Assembly (NCBI GenBank): GCA_963794325.1
Contig: CAWCDG010000004.1
Coordinates: 1,856,001 to 1,920,000 of the forward strand
Reading direction: 5' to 3'
DNA: 64,000 bases
Source: an uncultured delta proteobacterium
GTDB taxonomy: Bacteria > Desulfobacterota > Binatia > Binatales > Binataceae
The notes under the pieces are model-generated. The model saw nothing but the letters and a program-made list of their open reading frames with translations. It was not told the origin of the DNA and ran no database searches. Shown here piece by piece: positions 1 through 9,669 of this stretch (within the stretch, counting starts at the first letter, position 1; each line of letters begins with the position of its first letter). A program made the translations under genes and the position numbers.

Positions 1-468
1 CTACCGCTTGGTTTCATACCGCGCCCGCAGGTCGTGACCCTCAGTCTGAACTTTGCGCCAGTAACCCCACGGATAGTGCACTAGCTCCAGCTTCATCCCG
101 TCGGGATCGGCGAAGAACACCGCATAATAATTTTCGCCATAGTGCGGATACTCGGCGGGAGTATCGAGCACGGTAATTCTCTCGCCTACCAGGAAATCGT
201 GGAACACGTCGATGTCGTCGCGCGAGCGTGCTCGCAGCGCGAGATGATGAAGTCCGACGCGGTAGCGGTCGAATTGTGCGTCGCGGTGCACGCCTGACGC
301 CTCGCGAATCGCAATCGTCATCTGCGCATTCGCCCAGTGGATGTAACCTTCGCCCTCGAATTTTTTAAATCCGAGTTGGCCGAGAACCTTGTCGTAGAAC
401 GCGCGCGACCGCGCGACATCGTTGACCGTCAGATCGATATGCTCGACACCTAATACTTCGATTGGCAT
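1..468 (-). CDS. VOC/glyoxalase family protein
   Basis: EHIDLTV..., GLHHLAL and YAVFFADPDGMKLELV motifs; start taken at MPIEVLG (ATG 468). Confidence 0.85.
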   Translation of the reverse strand: MPIEVLGVEHIDLTVNDVARSRAFYDKVLGQLGFKKFEGEGYIHWANAQMTIAIREASGVHRDAQFDRYRVGLHHLALRARSRDDIDVFHDFLVGERITVLDTPAEYPHYGENYYAVFFADPDGMKLELVHYPWGYWRKVQTEGHDLRARYETKR

Positions 469-481
469 AGATTGGGCCTCC

Positions 482-1015
482 CTAACCGCGGCGTTCTTGT
501 TCCAGGAAGTCGCGGGCGCGATAAAGCGCGACGATTGATTTCGCATCGACAATTTCGCCGCGACCAATCATCACGAAGGTTTCCTCGAAGGGCACGCGGC
601 TGACGCTGAGCACCTCGTCGTGATCGAGTGCGCCCATTCCCTCTGACAATTCGCGCGCGAGATACAGCTCGATTCGCTCGTCGCAGAAGCTTGGCACCGT
701 GATGATCGATCCAAGATGGTCCCATCGCGAGGCGGCGAGGCTCGCTTCCTCACCGAGCTCGCGCCGTGCACACGCGAGCGAGTCCTCGCCACTGTTGCGG
801 CATCCCGCGGGAATCTCGCGCATCCAGCCGCCGATGGTGTGACGATATTGACGCAGCATCGCCACCGTCAGGTCGGGATACAGCGCGACGATCGCGCTTG
901 CACCCGGATGACGGATGACCGGGAGATCGACCTGCACGCCAGTGGGCAGCGTCGCGCTCTCGACCCCGAAATCAACCACACCCAACTTTAGAACTGGCCG
1001 GCGATTTGAAGACAT
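482..1015 (-). CDS. NUDIX hydrolase (ADP-ribose pyrophosphatase-like)
   Basis: Nudix box EIPAG...ARRELGEEA; RQYRH motif. Confidence 0.85.
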   Translation of the reverse strand: MSSNRRPVLKLGVVDFGVESATLPTGVQVDLPVIRHPGASAIVALYPDLTVAMLRQYRHTIGGWMREIPAGCRNSGEDSLACARRELGEEASLAASRWDHLGSIITVPSFCDERIELYLARELSEGMGALDHDEVLSVSRVPFEETFVMIGRGEIVDAKSIVALYRARDFLEQERRG

Positions 1016-1103
1016 CGTCAATCCAGAATGTGCGCGGCGCGCGACTCACGCAAGCCGCTACGGTGCAACTTCGATCCTTCCAGCGCGGCGCGCTGTGCGA
1101 CAG

Positions 1104-3179
1104 TCACTTATCGAAATTGAGCTTCTTCAGCAGGGCGATGTAGCGCGGGTCTTTTCGCAGCGGGTCGAAAATCCGGTCCATCTTGAGCCAGCATTGCCAC
1201 TGCGAGTGCGCTGAATGTGCTTGTTCAAGGTAGTCCATCGCGCGGGCGTCATCGCCCATCCCAAGATAGATGATCGCCAGGTTGAAGGGCGGAATGTAGC
1301 CGTGCAGTGACATTTTGTTCTGCTCGTCGATTTGCGCGAGTGCCTGGGCGCGGTCGCCTGAGGCTCCATACGCATAGCCGAGCCAGGCGGCGGCGAACGT
1401 CGGCGCTTGCATCGAGGCCGACGTACGCAAATGTGGGATGGCGTCTTTGGCGTTGCCTTGTTCGAGATCGATCCACCCGGGCATGAATGGAGAAAAGAAG
1501 AAAGTCGAATCGAGATCTGCGGCGCGGCGGGCCTGCTCCAAGGCCCCCGGGTAATCACCTCTCCACGCAAACGCGAAGGCCGCATCGACTGGAATTTGGG
1601 GTGACAACGGGTCCAGTTCGGCGGCGCGCTTGCCTTCGGCGACCGCTTCGTCGAGCCGTCCCTGGAAGGCGAGCATTAGTCCAAACTGATCATGAGCGAA
1701 CGCATAGCTTGGATTAAGTGCTAGTGCGCGCCGAAACTCCTTTTCAGAGCCCGCCCAATCGAATTCATAGAAGGCATCGAATACGGCGAGCGAGGTGTGA
1801 GCTTCGGCGGAATTGTCGTCGAGCCGGAGAGCTCTCTCTGCTGCGGCTTTCGACTTCGGCATGGCGGCTGCGGACGTGATGATACTTTCGTTGTAGCCCG
1901 CCCACATCACAGCGTCTGACAATCCCGAGTATGCAGGCGCAAAGTTCGGATCGAGCCGGACAGCTTCCTCGAAGTCCGCGATCGCCTTCTTGAGATTCTC
2001 GTCATTCGGGCGGCTAAAGAAGTAGCGGCCTTTCAGGTAGGCGTCGTGCGCCTCGGGATTCACAGTCGGGGCGCTCGACAGGCGCGCCTGCTCGTTGGGC
2101 GTCAGTTGCACTTCGATCTCTTTCGCGATTGCCGAGGCCACCTCATCCTGCAGCGCCAGCACGTCTTTGGAGTCGCGCTCATAGCTCTTGGCCCACAGAT
2201 GCTTGTCGGCGGGCGCATCGATCAACTGGGCAGTGATGCGGACTTTGTCGCCAATCCGCAGCACCGAGCCTTCCACGACCGCATCGACGTTGAGCAGCTT
2301 GGCGATCTGCGGGGTCGGCGGGCGATGATCGCCCTTGAACTGCATCACCGAGCCGCGCGAGATCACGCGCAGCTGGCTTATGCTCGCGAGATCGGTCGTC
2401 AGTTCGTCGGTCATGCCGTCGGCGAAGTATTCCTGATTCGGATCGCCCGAGTAGTTGTCGAGCGGCAGCACCGCGATCGATCGGATGACATGGGGACCGC
2501 CGACCGACGCGGTGGTGGCGATCGGTGCGGAAGGCTTGCGCATCGCCAGGAAATATACGAGCGCCCCCATAGCGATCGCGCCGACGGCTGCCAGAGCTAC
2601 CCGGCGCATGCGGGCGCTGGTCAGGATTGAAGGTGCGCCCGCGTCCGTGGAATCGGGAGCCTCCGAAAGAACGTACACGCCGATCGGACGGCTTACGTTC
2701 TTAAGATGCTTCTGGCCCAGGTTCTTCGCGACCATCCCGGGCTTGTTGCGGATCTCGTCGTAAACGGTCGCTGAGACGCAAATCGAGCCGGGAACCGCGA
2801 GCGCGTGGATGCGTGACGCGATGTTGACGCCGTCGCCCCACGCGTTGTCGTCGGTGAACAGCACGTCACCGAGGTGGATGCCGATGCGTAACTGGAGGTC
2901 GGGCGAGTCCTTGAGCGCGGCCTGAGCCTGGCGGGCGCAATTCACCGCGTCCGATGCGCTATGGAAGCTGGTAAGAGTGCCGTCGCCGATTTCGCCGAGC
3001 ATTCTGCCATTGAACTTCGGCAACAGCATTCTGAGCAGCGCGCGATGCTCCGCCAACGCGCGCATCGCGCGCGCCTCGTCGCGGCCCATTATCGCAGTGT
3101 ACCCGGCGATATCGCTGAACATGATCGCGGCCAGCTCGCGTTTGGGGGCCGTCGCCTGCGTATCAGGAGGAGTCGCCAT
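1104..3179 (-). CDS. Class III adenylate/guanylate cyclase domain + TM + TolB-N-like domain + TPR repeats
   Basis: AAIMFSDIAGYT, IGDG, RIGIHLGDV, GDGVNIASR; TM helix; SIAVLPLDN...EYFADGMTDEL; TPR repeats. Confidence 0.9.
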   Translation of the reverse strand: MATPPDTQATAPKRELAAIMFSDIAGYTAIMGRDEARAMRALAEHRALLRMLLPKFNGRMLGEIGDGTLTSFHSASDAVNCARQAQAALKDSPDLQLRIGIHLGDVLFTDDNAWGDGVNIASRIHALAVPGSICVSATVYDEIRNKPGMVAKNLGQKHLKNVSRPIGVYVLSEAPDSTDAGAPSILTSARMRRVALAAVGAIAMGALVYFLAMRKPSAPIATTASVGGPHVIRSIAVLPLDNYSGDPNQEYFADGMTDELTTDLASISQLRVISRGSVMQFKGDHRPPTPQIAKLLNVDAVVEGSVLRIGDKVRITAQLIDAPADKHLWAKSYERDSKDVLALQDEVASAIAKEIEVQLTPNEQARLSSAPTVNPEAHDAYLKGRYFFSRPNDENLKKAIADFEEAVRLDPNFAPAYSGLSDAVMWAGYNESIITSAAAMPKSKAAAERALRLDDNSAEAHTSLAVFDAFYEFDWAGSEKEFRRALALNPSYAFAHDQFGLMLAFQGRLDEAVAEGKRAAELDPLSPQIPVDAAFAFAWRGDYPGALEQARRAADLDSTFFFSPFMPGWIDLEQGNAKDAIPHLRTSASMQAPTFAAAWLGYAYGASGDRAQALAQIDEQNKMSLHGYIPPFNLAIIYLGMGDDARAMDYLEQAHSAHSQWQCWLKMDRIFDPLRKDPRYIALLKKLNFDK

Positions 3180-3332
3180 TCAGAGGTTTGATCGATCGCC
3201 CCCCGGACCAGGCGATGACAGCGCAATAGTACAGGGTTGACACCGCGGCGCGAAACGCCAATGCCGCTCATACGGAGCGCGGGCTTCAATTGCAGGGAAC
3301 GCCAGAACCGGCGATTATCGAAGACAGCTATC

Positions 3333-3939
3333 ATGAGCCGGCTGCGCATTCCGATTTTTTTCGATTACGCCTCGACGCTTTGCTACATCGCATGGCGAAT
3401 CGTCACGCCGCTCGAAGACGAGCTCGGCTTCGAGGCGCTGTGGAAGGGCGTGCCGATCGCGACGCGCGATTTCCGCACCAAGCCCGGCCGCGTACTGGGC
3501 GAGCGCGAGCGGCAGAAAGTGCTGTTCGTCGCGGCGGAGACCGGGATTCGCGTCGCGCCGCCGTCGAGCTGGATCGATTCGGTTCCCGCGTTGCAAGGAT
3601 CGGAAATCGCACGCGATGCTGGCGTCTTCCGGGCATATCACGATGCGGTCTTTCGCGCCGCATTCGACGATGGCGCGGATATCGCGGATGCCAAAGTGCT
3701 CGACGCGATTGCGGAGCGCGCCGGCCTCGATCGGCTGAAGTTCCGCGCAGCGCTCGATAGCGGTGCGATGGCGTCGCGCCTCGACGATCACAAGCGCGAG
3801 GCCGACGAATTTTCCGCTCTCGGGCTACCCGACCTTCATCCTTGGCGACTTTCCGATGATCGGAATCCAGCCCGTCGAATCGATGCGCTTGCTACTCGGC
3901 CGCTTCATCCGCCAGCGCGCGGAAGAACCTCAAGCGTAG
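3333..3939 (+). pseudogene. DsbA/FrnE-family thioredoxin-fold protein with a +1 frameshift near 3822 (probably a sequencing error)
   Basis: FFDYASTLCY N-terminus; removing one G from CTCGGGCTAC restores [17 protein letters not shown]..., with the stop at 3937-3939 abutting the next gene. Confidence 0.75.
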
Positions 3940-4668
3940 CTAGGCTCGCGCGCATATCATCATAAACGTCGGGCGGCGGCTTTCCTCGCGAAGTTCGGGA
4001 CGCTCGCGAATCGCGTCCGCAGTCGCCTCGGGCTCGAGCAGCCGCACAATCGTGAAGCCATTGTCTATCAGCGTGTTCACGTAGGTCTCGACCGAGCGAT
4101 GGTACTTGATGACGTCGTCGGTGATCCATTGCGTGTGGCGAATTCCCTCGAACTTGTAGTTGTCGATCTCCCAATGTTGACCTTCATCCTTGCCGGCGAG
4201 GTACGCGCCGACCGGATACGCAGTTACCATCGGGTGCTCGACGGAAAACACGAACGCGCCTCCCGCGACCAGCCATGATTTCACGTTCGCGCAGATCGAC
4301 GCGTAGCGCTCGACATAATGAAGCGCGAGCGAGCTGACAACGACGTCGAAGCTGGCCGGCGCGAAGCTTAGATCCTCCAGCGCGGACTGGAGATAGTTGA
4401 TGCGCGGATCGGTGGTATCGTCGCGCGCCTTCGCGAGCATCTTCGTCGAGATGTCGACTCCGACTACGCTCGCAGCGCCTTGCTCGATTACATAACGGCA
4501 CATCTTGCCGAAGCCGCAGCCGAGGTCGAGCACCCGCTTGTTCGCGAGCGGCAAGATCAGCGAGCGCATCGCGGGCTGGTCCACCGCCATGTTGAGACCG
4601 CTCTCATGGCGGCGCAGTTGGCTGTAGCCCTCGAAGAATCGCGCGTCGTCGTAAATATTTTGCTTCAT
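3940..4668 (-). CDS. Class I SAM-dependent methyltransferase
   Basis: VLDLGCGFG, FDVVVSSLALHY, FVFSVEHP. Confidence 0.9.
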   Translation of the reverse strand: MKQNIYDDARFFEGYSQLRRHESGLNMAVDQPAMRSLILPLANKRVLDLGCGFGKMCRYVIEQGAASVVGVDISTKMLAKARDDTTDPRINYLQSALEDLSFAPASFDVVVSSLALHYVERYASICANVKSWLVAGGAFVFSVEHPMVTAYPVGAYLAGKDEGQHWEIDNYKFEGIRHTQWITDDVIKYHRSVETYVNTLIDNGFTIVRLLEPEATADAIRERPELREESRRPTFMMICARA

Positions 4669-4693
4669 GGGTGAATCGAAGCCGTCGCAAGAA

Positions 4694-5530
4694 CTAGCGC
4701 GCGAGGAACACCGGGCACGGCGAGTTGCGCAGCACGAACTCGGTGGTCGATCCGAGTACCATCTCGATGATCCTGCTGTGGCCGTAGGCGCCGATGAACA
4801 GCAGGTCGGCGTCGTACTCCTTGAGGAACTTCACGATTTCCTCGTTGGCGTGGCCCTGCAGCAGCTTGAAGTCGGCCTTGGGCGTGTAATTCTCGAAGTA
4901 GGTGCGCGCCTCGGCCAGCGTCCGCTCTCCCAACTTGGGATCGCGAGCGCAAGTAATGACGGTGATCGGAACGCCGAGGCCGTTGGCGACTTCCGCTGCC
5001 GAGCGCATCGCGCGCGACGCACGTTCGCTGCCGTCGTAGGCCAGCACGGGACGTTTGATCTCGCGAAATTTATTCGGCGAGATGAACACCTGGCGCGGAG
5101 ATTTCCGCGCGACGCTTTCCGCGGTCGATCCCAGCAGTCCGGTCGAGAATTTTTCGTTGACCCCGCGATGCCCGATCATCACGAGATCGGCGCTGCGCGC
5201 TCGATCGCAAATCTGGTTGGCGACGATCCCCATGTCGAGCACGGTCTCGACCGCCAGATTCTCGCGGCGCGCGGCGGCGGCAAATTCGTCGAGCACGCCA
5301 CGGCCGCGGGCGGTCAGCACCTCGCGCATCTTGGACGAGAAATCCAGATATGGTTCCAGCCCCAGCGAACCTGATATATCATGGAAAAACGAGCCTTCGA
5401 TCGACACGATATCGACGACATGCAATCCAATCAGCGAAGCATTGAAAACGCGCCCAAAGTAGAAGGCGTAGGCTTGCGCGTTGCGGGAGTGATCGGAGGT
5501 GTCGATGCCGACAAGGATTTTCTTGATCAA
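4694..5530 (-). CDS. Tandem-domain universal stress protein
   Basis: KILVGIDTS, two GSTAE/GSTTE motifs, GAYGHSR. Confidence 0.9.
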   Translation of the reverse strand: MIKKILVGIDTSDHSRNAQAYAFYFGRVFNASLIGLHVVDIVSIEGSFFHDISGSLGLEPYLDFSSKMREVLTARGRGVLDEFAAAARRENLAVETVLDMGIVANQICDRARSADLVMIGHRGVNEKFSTGLLGSTAESVARKSPRQVFISPNKFREIKRPVLAYDGSERASRAMRSAAEVANGLGVPITVITCARDPKLGERTLAEARTYFENYTPKADFKLLQGHANEEIVKFLKEYDADLLFIGAYGHSRIIEMVLGSTTEFVLRNSPCPVFLAR

Positions 5531-5634
5531 GCGCGTAACCTCCGCGTTAGGTATCGCGATAACATGCCGCGCGGTTGTGCCTCAAGAGGCAGCGCTATCG
5601 CAACCGAACTCGATTGCTCGGAGATGCAGGTGAG

Positions 5635-5928
5635 ATGAGCGAACTTAGCGAAGCGCGGATGATGAGAATCGTGGACGAGCTGGCCGAGGCTGCGCAGCGC
5701 GTCGGGCTCGAAGTCCGTCGCGAGAAGATCATGCGCGAAATCGGCTACCGGACCCGCGGTGGCGCATGCCGCCTGCGCGACAAGAACCTGGTCATCATAG
5801 ATCGCGATCAGCCCGCGGCGGAGCAGCTCGAAGTGATCGCCGAAGCGCTGCGCTCGCGCGATCTCGAATCCTTATACCTGTCTCCGGCGGCGCGGCGCGT
5901 CGTCCATCTCGGAGACGCCTCAACCTGA
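5635..5928 (+). CDS. Small conserved hypothetical protein upstream of fur
   Basis: ATG after AGGTGAG; GGACRL motif; same orientation and close spacing with the fur gene. Confidence 0.65.
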   Translation: MSELSEARMMRIVDELAEAAQRVGLEVRREKIMREIGYRTRGGACRLRDKNLVIIDRDQPAAEQLEVIAEALRSRDLESLYLSPAARRVVHLGDAST

Positions 5929-5936
5929 GTGCCGAG

Positions 5937-6443
5937 ATGCCGCGGCTCGGCGAAAGCGCGACGGCTGGCCACACCGTAATCGATCGCAAGCCGGCGATCA
6001 GTGCGGAAGAGCGGATGCTCACGTTCCACGCCCGCCTCAAAGAGCGCGGTCTCAAGTCCACCGGTCAGCGTGACGACATCGCGCGCGTGTTCTTCGATCA
6101 CGGTCATCATATCAGCGCCGAGGAACTGTACGCCCAGGTCAAGAAGATCAACCCGCACGTCGGCTATGCGACGATTTACCGGACGCTGCGGCTGCTCAAG
6201 GAATGCGCTCTCTTGTACGAGCGTCATTTCGACGAGGGACAGGCGCGTTACGAAGCGGTCGGCGAGCGCCATCACGATCATTTCATCTGCGAGCGATGCG
6301 GCCGGATCATCGAGTTCGAGAACGCCGCGATCGAGCGCATGCAAAATATCGTGGCGCGCGATCTCGGCGTTACGCTGACCCGGCACAAGATGGAACTGTA
6401 CGGAATCTGCCACGACTGCCACGCCCAGCAGCAAGGCATGTAG
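5937..6443 (+). CDS. fur: Fur family transcriptional regulator
   Basis: ATIYRTL, HHDHFICERCG, C-terminal CxxC; start uncertain. Confidence 0.85.
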   Translation: MPRLGESATAGHTVIDRKPAISAEERMLTFHARLKERGLKSTGQRDDIARVFFDHGHHISAEELYAQVKKINPHVGYATIYRTLRLLKECALLYERHFDEGQARYEAVGERHHDHFICERCGRIIEFENAAIERMQNIVARDLGVTLTRHKMELYGICHDCHAQQQGM

Positions 6444-6485
6444 CCGCTAACCCGATCCGAAGTTATATGTAGGGACCGGAATCAC

Positions 6486-6962
6486 GTGCCGGTCAAAACG
6501 AAAAAAGAAGCGCTCGATTTCGTCAAGCGTCACGGCGCAGTGCTCGAATCCGCTAAGGGCGCTATTCCGAGTCTTGCGCATGCGATCGCAGGCGAGCCGA
6601 TTCGCGGCAGTTGGTGGAGCCATCCGAAGGGCAATCAGATCTACATGCTGCTCAACGACGTTAGCGATTCGCCCGACGTAGTGAGATGCCGTCTGGTGGA
6701 CGGCAAGATCACCCTGGTGCATCGTCGCCTGTGGCCGGCCCTGGTAAAGATGGCGTCCGCCTTCGACTCGGAGCGGATGTCCTCGGTTCGCGAGGAACAC
6801 ACCGCGACCGGCGCGCATCGAATGACTACGGTGAAATTTCCCGACTGGGTATCCGATGACGTCCATGCGGCTGCAAAATCTATTTCCGTCGCGAAAGCGG
6901 AAGAGCAGTTGGGTCCACTACTTACTAGTCGAAGCACACGCAAATCGGAGGCACGGCGATGA
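6486..6962 (+). CDS. Hypothetical protein (AlkZ/winged-helix-related, GSWWSHP motif)
   Basis: GTG start; RLVDGKITLVHRRLWP motif; overlaps the start of the next gene. Confidence 0.6.
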   Translation: MPVKTKKEALDFVKRHGAVLESAKGAIPSLAHAIAGEPIRGSWWSHPKGNQIYMLLNDVSDSPDVVRCRLVDGKITLVHRRLWPALVKMASAFDSERMSSVREEHTATGAHRMTTVKFPDWVSDDVHAAAKSISVAKAEEQLGPLLTSRSTRKSEARR

Positions 6963-7327
6963 TCAAAGCGCGCGGATTGAGGCACATCAATCTTAACGTG
7001 AGGGACGTCGGTCGATCGCTCAAGTTCTACCAGGAAGCGTTCGGTCTCGAGGTTAAATTCTGGGAAGGGAAGAACCTGGTTTTCATTCATTCGCCGGGCG
7101 TGAACGAAACAATCACCCTGTGCCAGGCCAAGGCGGACGAACCGGTGGCCGGAGGCGGCGTTTCTCATTTCGGCTTCTCGATCCCCAAAAACAGTCTCGA
7201 CGAGATGGTGCGGCAGATCGAGAATGCCGGCGGAAAGCTGCAGAGCCGCGGCCAGCATGCGCCCGGCGTACCGTACGCATACCTCACCGATCCCGACGGC
7301 TACGTAATCGAACTGGGAAATTCGTAA
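6959..7327 (+). CDS. VOC/glyoxalase family protein
   Basis: RHINLNV, HFGF, YLTDPDGYVIEL. Confidence 0.85.
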   Translation: MIKARGLRHINLNVRDVGRSLKFYQEAFGLEVKFWEGKNLVFIHSPGVNETITLCQAKADEPVAGGGVSHFGFSIPKNSLDEMVRQIENAGGKLQSRGQHAPGVPYAYLTDPDGYVIELGNS

Positions 7328-7701
7328 TGAAGCACGCGGGACCCGATGCACTCGATCGGCTCGAGCCGATCCTCGAAGAGATTCGGCGGCTCGACGGGCT
7401 CAAAGAGAAAAAGCGCGGATCATTCTACTGCGGGTCGAGCGGATTCCTGCATTTCCACGAAGACCCTGCGGGATTTTTCGCCGACCTGAAAGTTGGCGAC
7501 GACTACGTGCGCCTGCCGATCAATTCCAGGACTCAAACGCAGACTTTTTTGCGACGTGCCGCGGCCTCTCTCAATGCCGCGAAGAACGGTCGCGCTAGTC
7601 CGGCGCCTGGATGGCCGCAGATCGGCGCGCGGCTCGAGGAATCGCCTCGGGGCCCGCGCGATGGCGAAACTTCATGTCGTTGCCGCAATGCGGACAGTTG
7701 A
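7327..7701 (+). CDS. Hypothetical protein (FLHFHED motif)
   Basis: TAATG coupling with upstream gene; C-terminus overlaps the convergent gene. Confidence 0.6.
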   Translation: MKHAGPDALDRLEPILEEIRRLDGLKEKKRGSFYCGSSGFLHFHEDPAGFFADLKVGDDYVRLPINSRTQTQTFLRRAAASLNAAKNGRASPAPGWPQIGARLEESPRGPRDGETSCRCRNADS

Positions 7702-7819
7702 CGTCGTCGTATTTGACGTAGCGTCCGCAGAACGGACACATGTAGCGGTGCCTCGCCTTCCAATAGAAGAACCCCGCCGTCATCGCGACCATCAGCAGTC
7801 CAACGATTGTTTGCCGCAC
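7595..7819 (-). CDS. Small membrane-anchored zinc-ribbon protein
   Basis: AAGGAG RBS then GTG; N-terminal TM; CPFC...CPHC. Confidence 0.65.
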   Translation of the reverse strand: MRQTIVGLLMVAMTAGFFYWKARHRYMCPFCGRYVKYDDVNCPHCGNDMKFRHRAGPEAIPRAARRSAAIQAPD

Positions 7820-7839
7820 CGCAGTTGCTCCTTGAGCGA

Positions 7840-9579
7840 TTAGAGCATCGGCACCACTGGACAATACGCGGCGCTGAAAATCGCATGACCGCTGAGCGCC
7901 GCATGAATCAGCTCGATCACCGGCTCGACGATTCGCGCCGCCGGACGCTGCGTGAACAACGCCGTCATCTTGCCCTTGCTAATCGATTGCAACAGTCCGG
8001 GCTGCGCCGGAAGTTCCATGATTCCGACCGGCTGATCCGGGGCGAGGCGCGCCAATCCCTTCGCCGCTGCCATCGCGTCATCAAGGCCGCCGAGCGAATC
8101 GACCAGCTTGAGCTTGATCGCCTGTTCGCCCGTCCAGACGCGTCCCTGCGCGACCGCATCGGCCTGCTCGACCGTGATATGACGCCCGTCGGCGACCAGT
8201 TTCACGAAGTACTGGTAGTTGCGCCCGATGTCGTCCTGGAACTGCTTCGATTGTGCCGGCGTAAAGTCGGTCCACATGTCGAACATGCCGACGTTCGCGC
8301 CACGGCTCACCGCGTCGGTGTTTGCGTAGATTTTTTGCGCGGCGGGCGTGATGTTGAATTTGCCGCCGAGCACGCCGATCGAGCCGGTGATCGTGCCGGG
8401 CTCGGCGACAATCTTCGCCGCCGGAATCGAGATCATATACCCGCCCGAAGCGGCGTATCCCGACATGCTGACCACCACCGGTTTCTTTTTGGCGGTGAGC
8501 TCGACCTCTCGATCGATGAGTTCTGACGCGAGCATCGATCCGCCGGGTGAATCGACTCGCAGGATCACGGCGCGAACATCATCGTCATCGCGCGCGGACT
8601 TGAGCGCTTCAGCCATGTCGTCGGAAGTCATCGCAGTCGTGTCGGGACCTGAAAATGGATTGATACCTTCGCCGCCGCGCTGAATCTCTCCCTCTCCGTA
8701 GATCACCGCGATTTGATCTCCGGTCAGATTGGAAAAGAGCCTGGCACGCGCGTAGTTGGTGTAGTCGACCTCTTTGTGGACCGAGCCGCCGTGATTTTTT
8801 ACACGCTCGCTGAATTGGTCTTCGTATTCGAGCCGATCCACCAGGTGCGCCTTCAGCCCCTGTTCCGCATGTATCGGCGCCTGATCGATCAAACTCTTAA
8901 CCGTGTCGGGACTCAAATTGCGCTCGGTGCTGATCGCGGCGACGATCTGATCGTACAAGCTGCCGGCCAGGCCTTCGTCCTCTTCTTTTTGCGCCTGCGA
9001 GAAATCCTTGTTGGTGAACATGTTGGCGGCGCTCTTGTACTGGCCCGCCGATGCGAAGTTCGGCGTGATTCCCATCCAGTCGAGCGTGCCGCGCATGAAC
9101 AGCTCGCGCAGCTGCACGCCCATCAGGTTGAGGTCGCCCTGCGGCATCAGCGAGACTTCGTCGGCGGCGCTCGCGACGATATAGGGCGTGTTGCCCAGGC
9201 CCGATTCACCGGCGGTCTCGATATAAGCCTCGGTCCATTTGCCGTGGCTCTTGAACGACTTGATCAGCGCGACGATCTCCTGCGCCTGCGCCAGCTCCAT
9301 CTCGGGATTGATCACCTTGAGTTCGAGGCCGACGATTTTCGGATCCTTGGCGCCCTGATCGAGCGCGTTGCGCAGCGTATTGAGCGCCGTCTGATTTTTG
9401 CTCAGCAGTCCAAGCACGCTGCTGTTGGCGCGTTCGACGACCGCTCCGTCAAGCTCGACGGTGAGAATCGAGTTGGGCTGCACGCGATGCGAGATGTGCT
9501 CCGAAATGGCGATGATCGCGACCAGCACCACGACGATGAGCACCGTTCGTAAAATCCATCGAAAAAAGCGTCTGATCAT
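7840..9579 (-). CDS. sppA: Signal peptide peptidase SppA (long form)
   Basis: LRVDSPGG, AASGGY, TITGSIGV, QGRVWTG. Confidence 0.95.
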   Translation of the reverse strand: MIRRFFRWILRTVLIVVVLVAIIAISEHISHRVQPNSILTVELDGAVVERANSSVLGLLSKNQTALNTLRNALDQGAKDPKIVGLELKVINPEMELAQAQEIVALIKSFKSHGKWTEAYIETAGESGLGNTPYIVASAADEVSLMPQGDLNLMGVQLRELFMRGTLDWMGITPNFASAGQYKSAANMFTNKDFSQAQKEEDEGLAGSLYDQIVAAISTERNLSPDTVKSLIDQAPIHAEQGLKAHLVDRLEYEDQFSERVKNHGGSVHKEVDYTNYARARLFSNLTGDQIAVIYGEGEIQRGGEGINPFSGPDTTAMTSDDMAEALKSARDDDDVRAVILRVDSPGGSMLASELIDREVELTAKKKPVVVSMSGYAASGGYMISIPAAKIVAEPGTITGSIGVLGGKFNITPAAQKIYANTDAVSRGANVGMFDMWTDFTPAQSKQFQDDIGRNYQYFVKLVADGRHITVEQADAVAQGRVWTGEQAIKLKLVDSLGGLDDAMAAAKGLARLAPDQPVGIMELPAQPGLLQSISKGKMTALFTQRPAARIVEPVIELIHAALSGHAIFSAAYCPVVPML

Positions 9580-9669
9580 TCAGTCCTCCGAAATGCGGAA
9601 AGCGCGCGATGCGTGGCGCGTTTCCTTGACAGTCGTAACTGGTATGAATAGCCAACCATACCCGATTGC

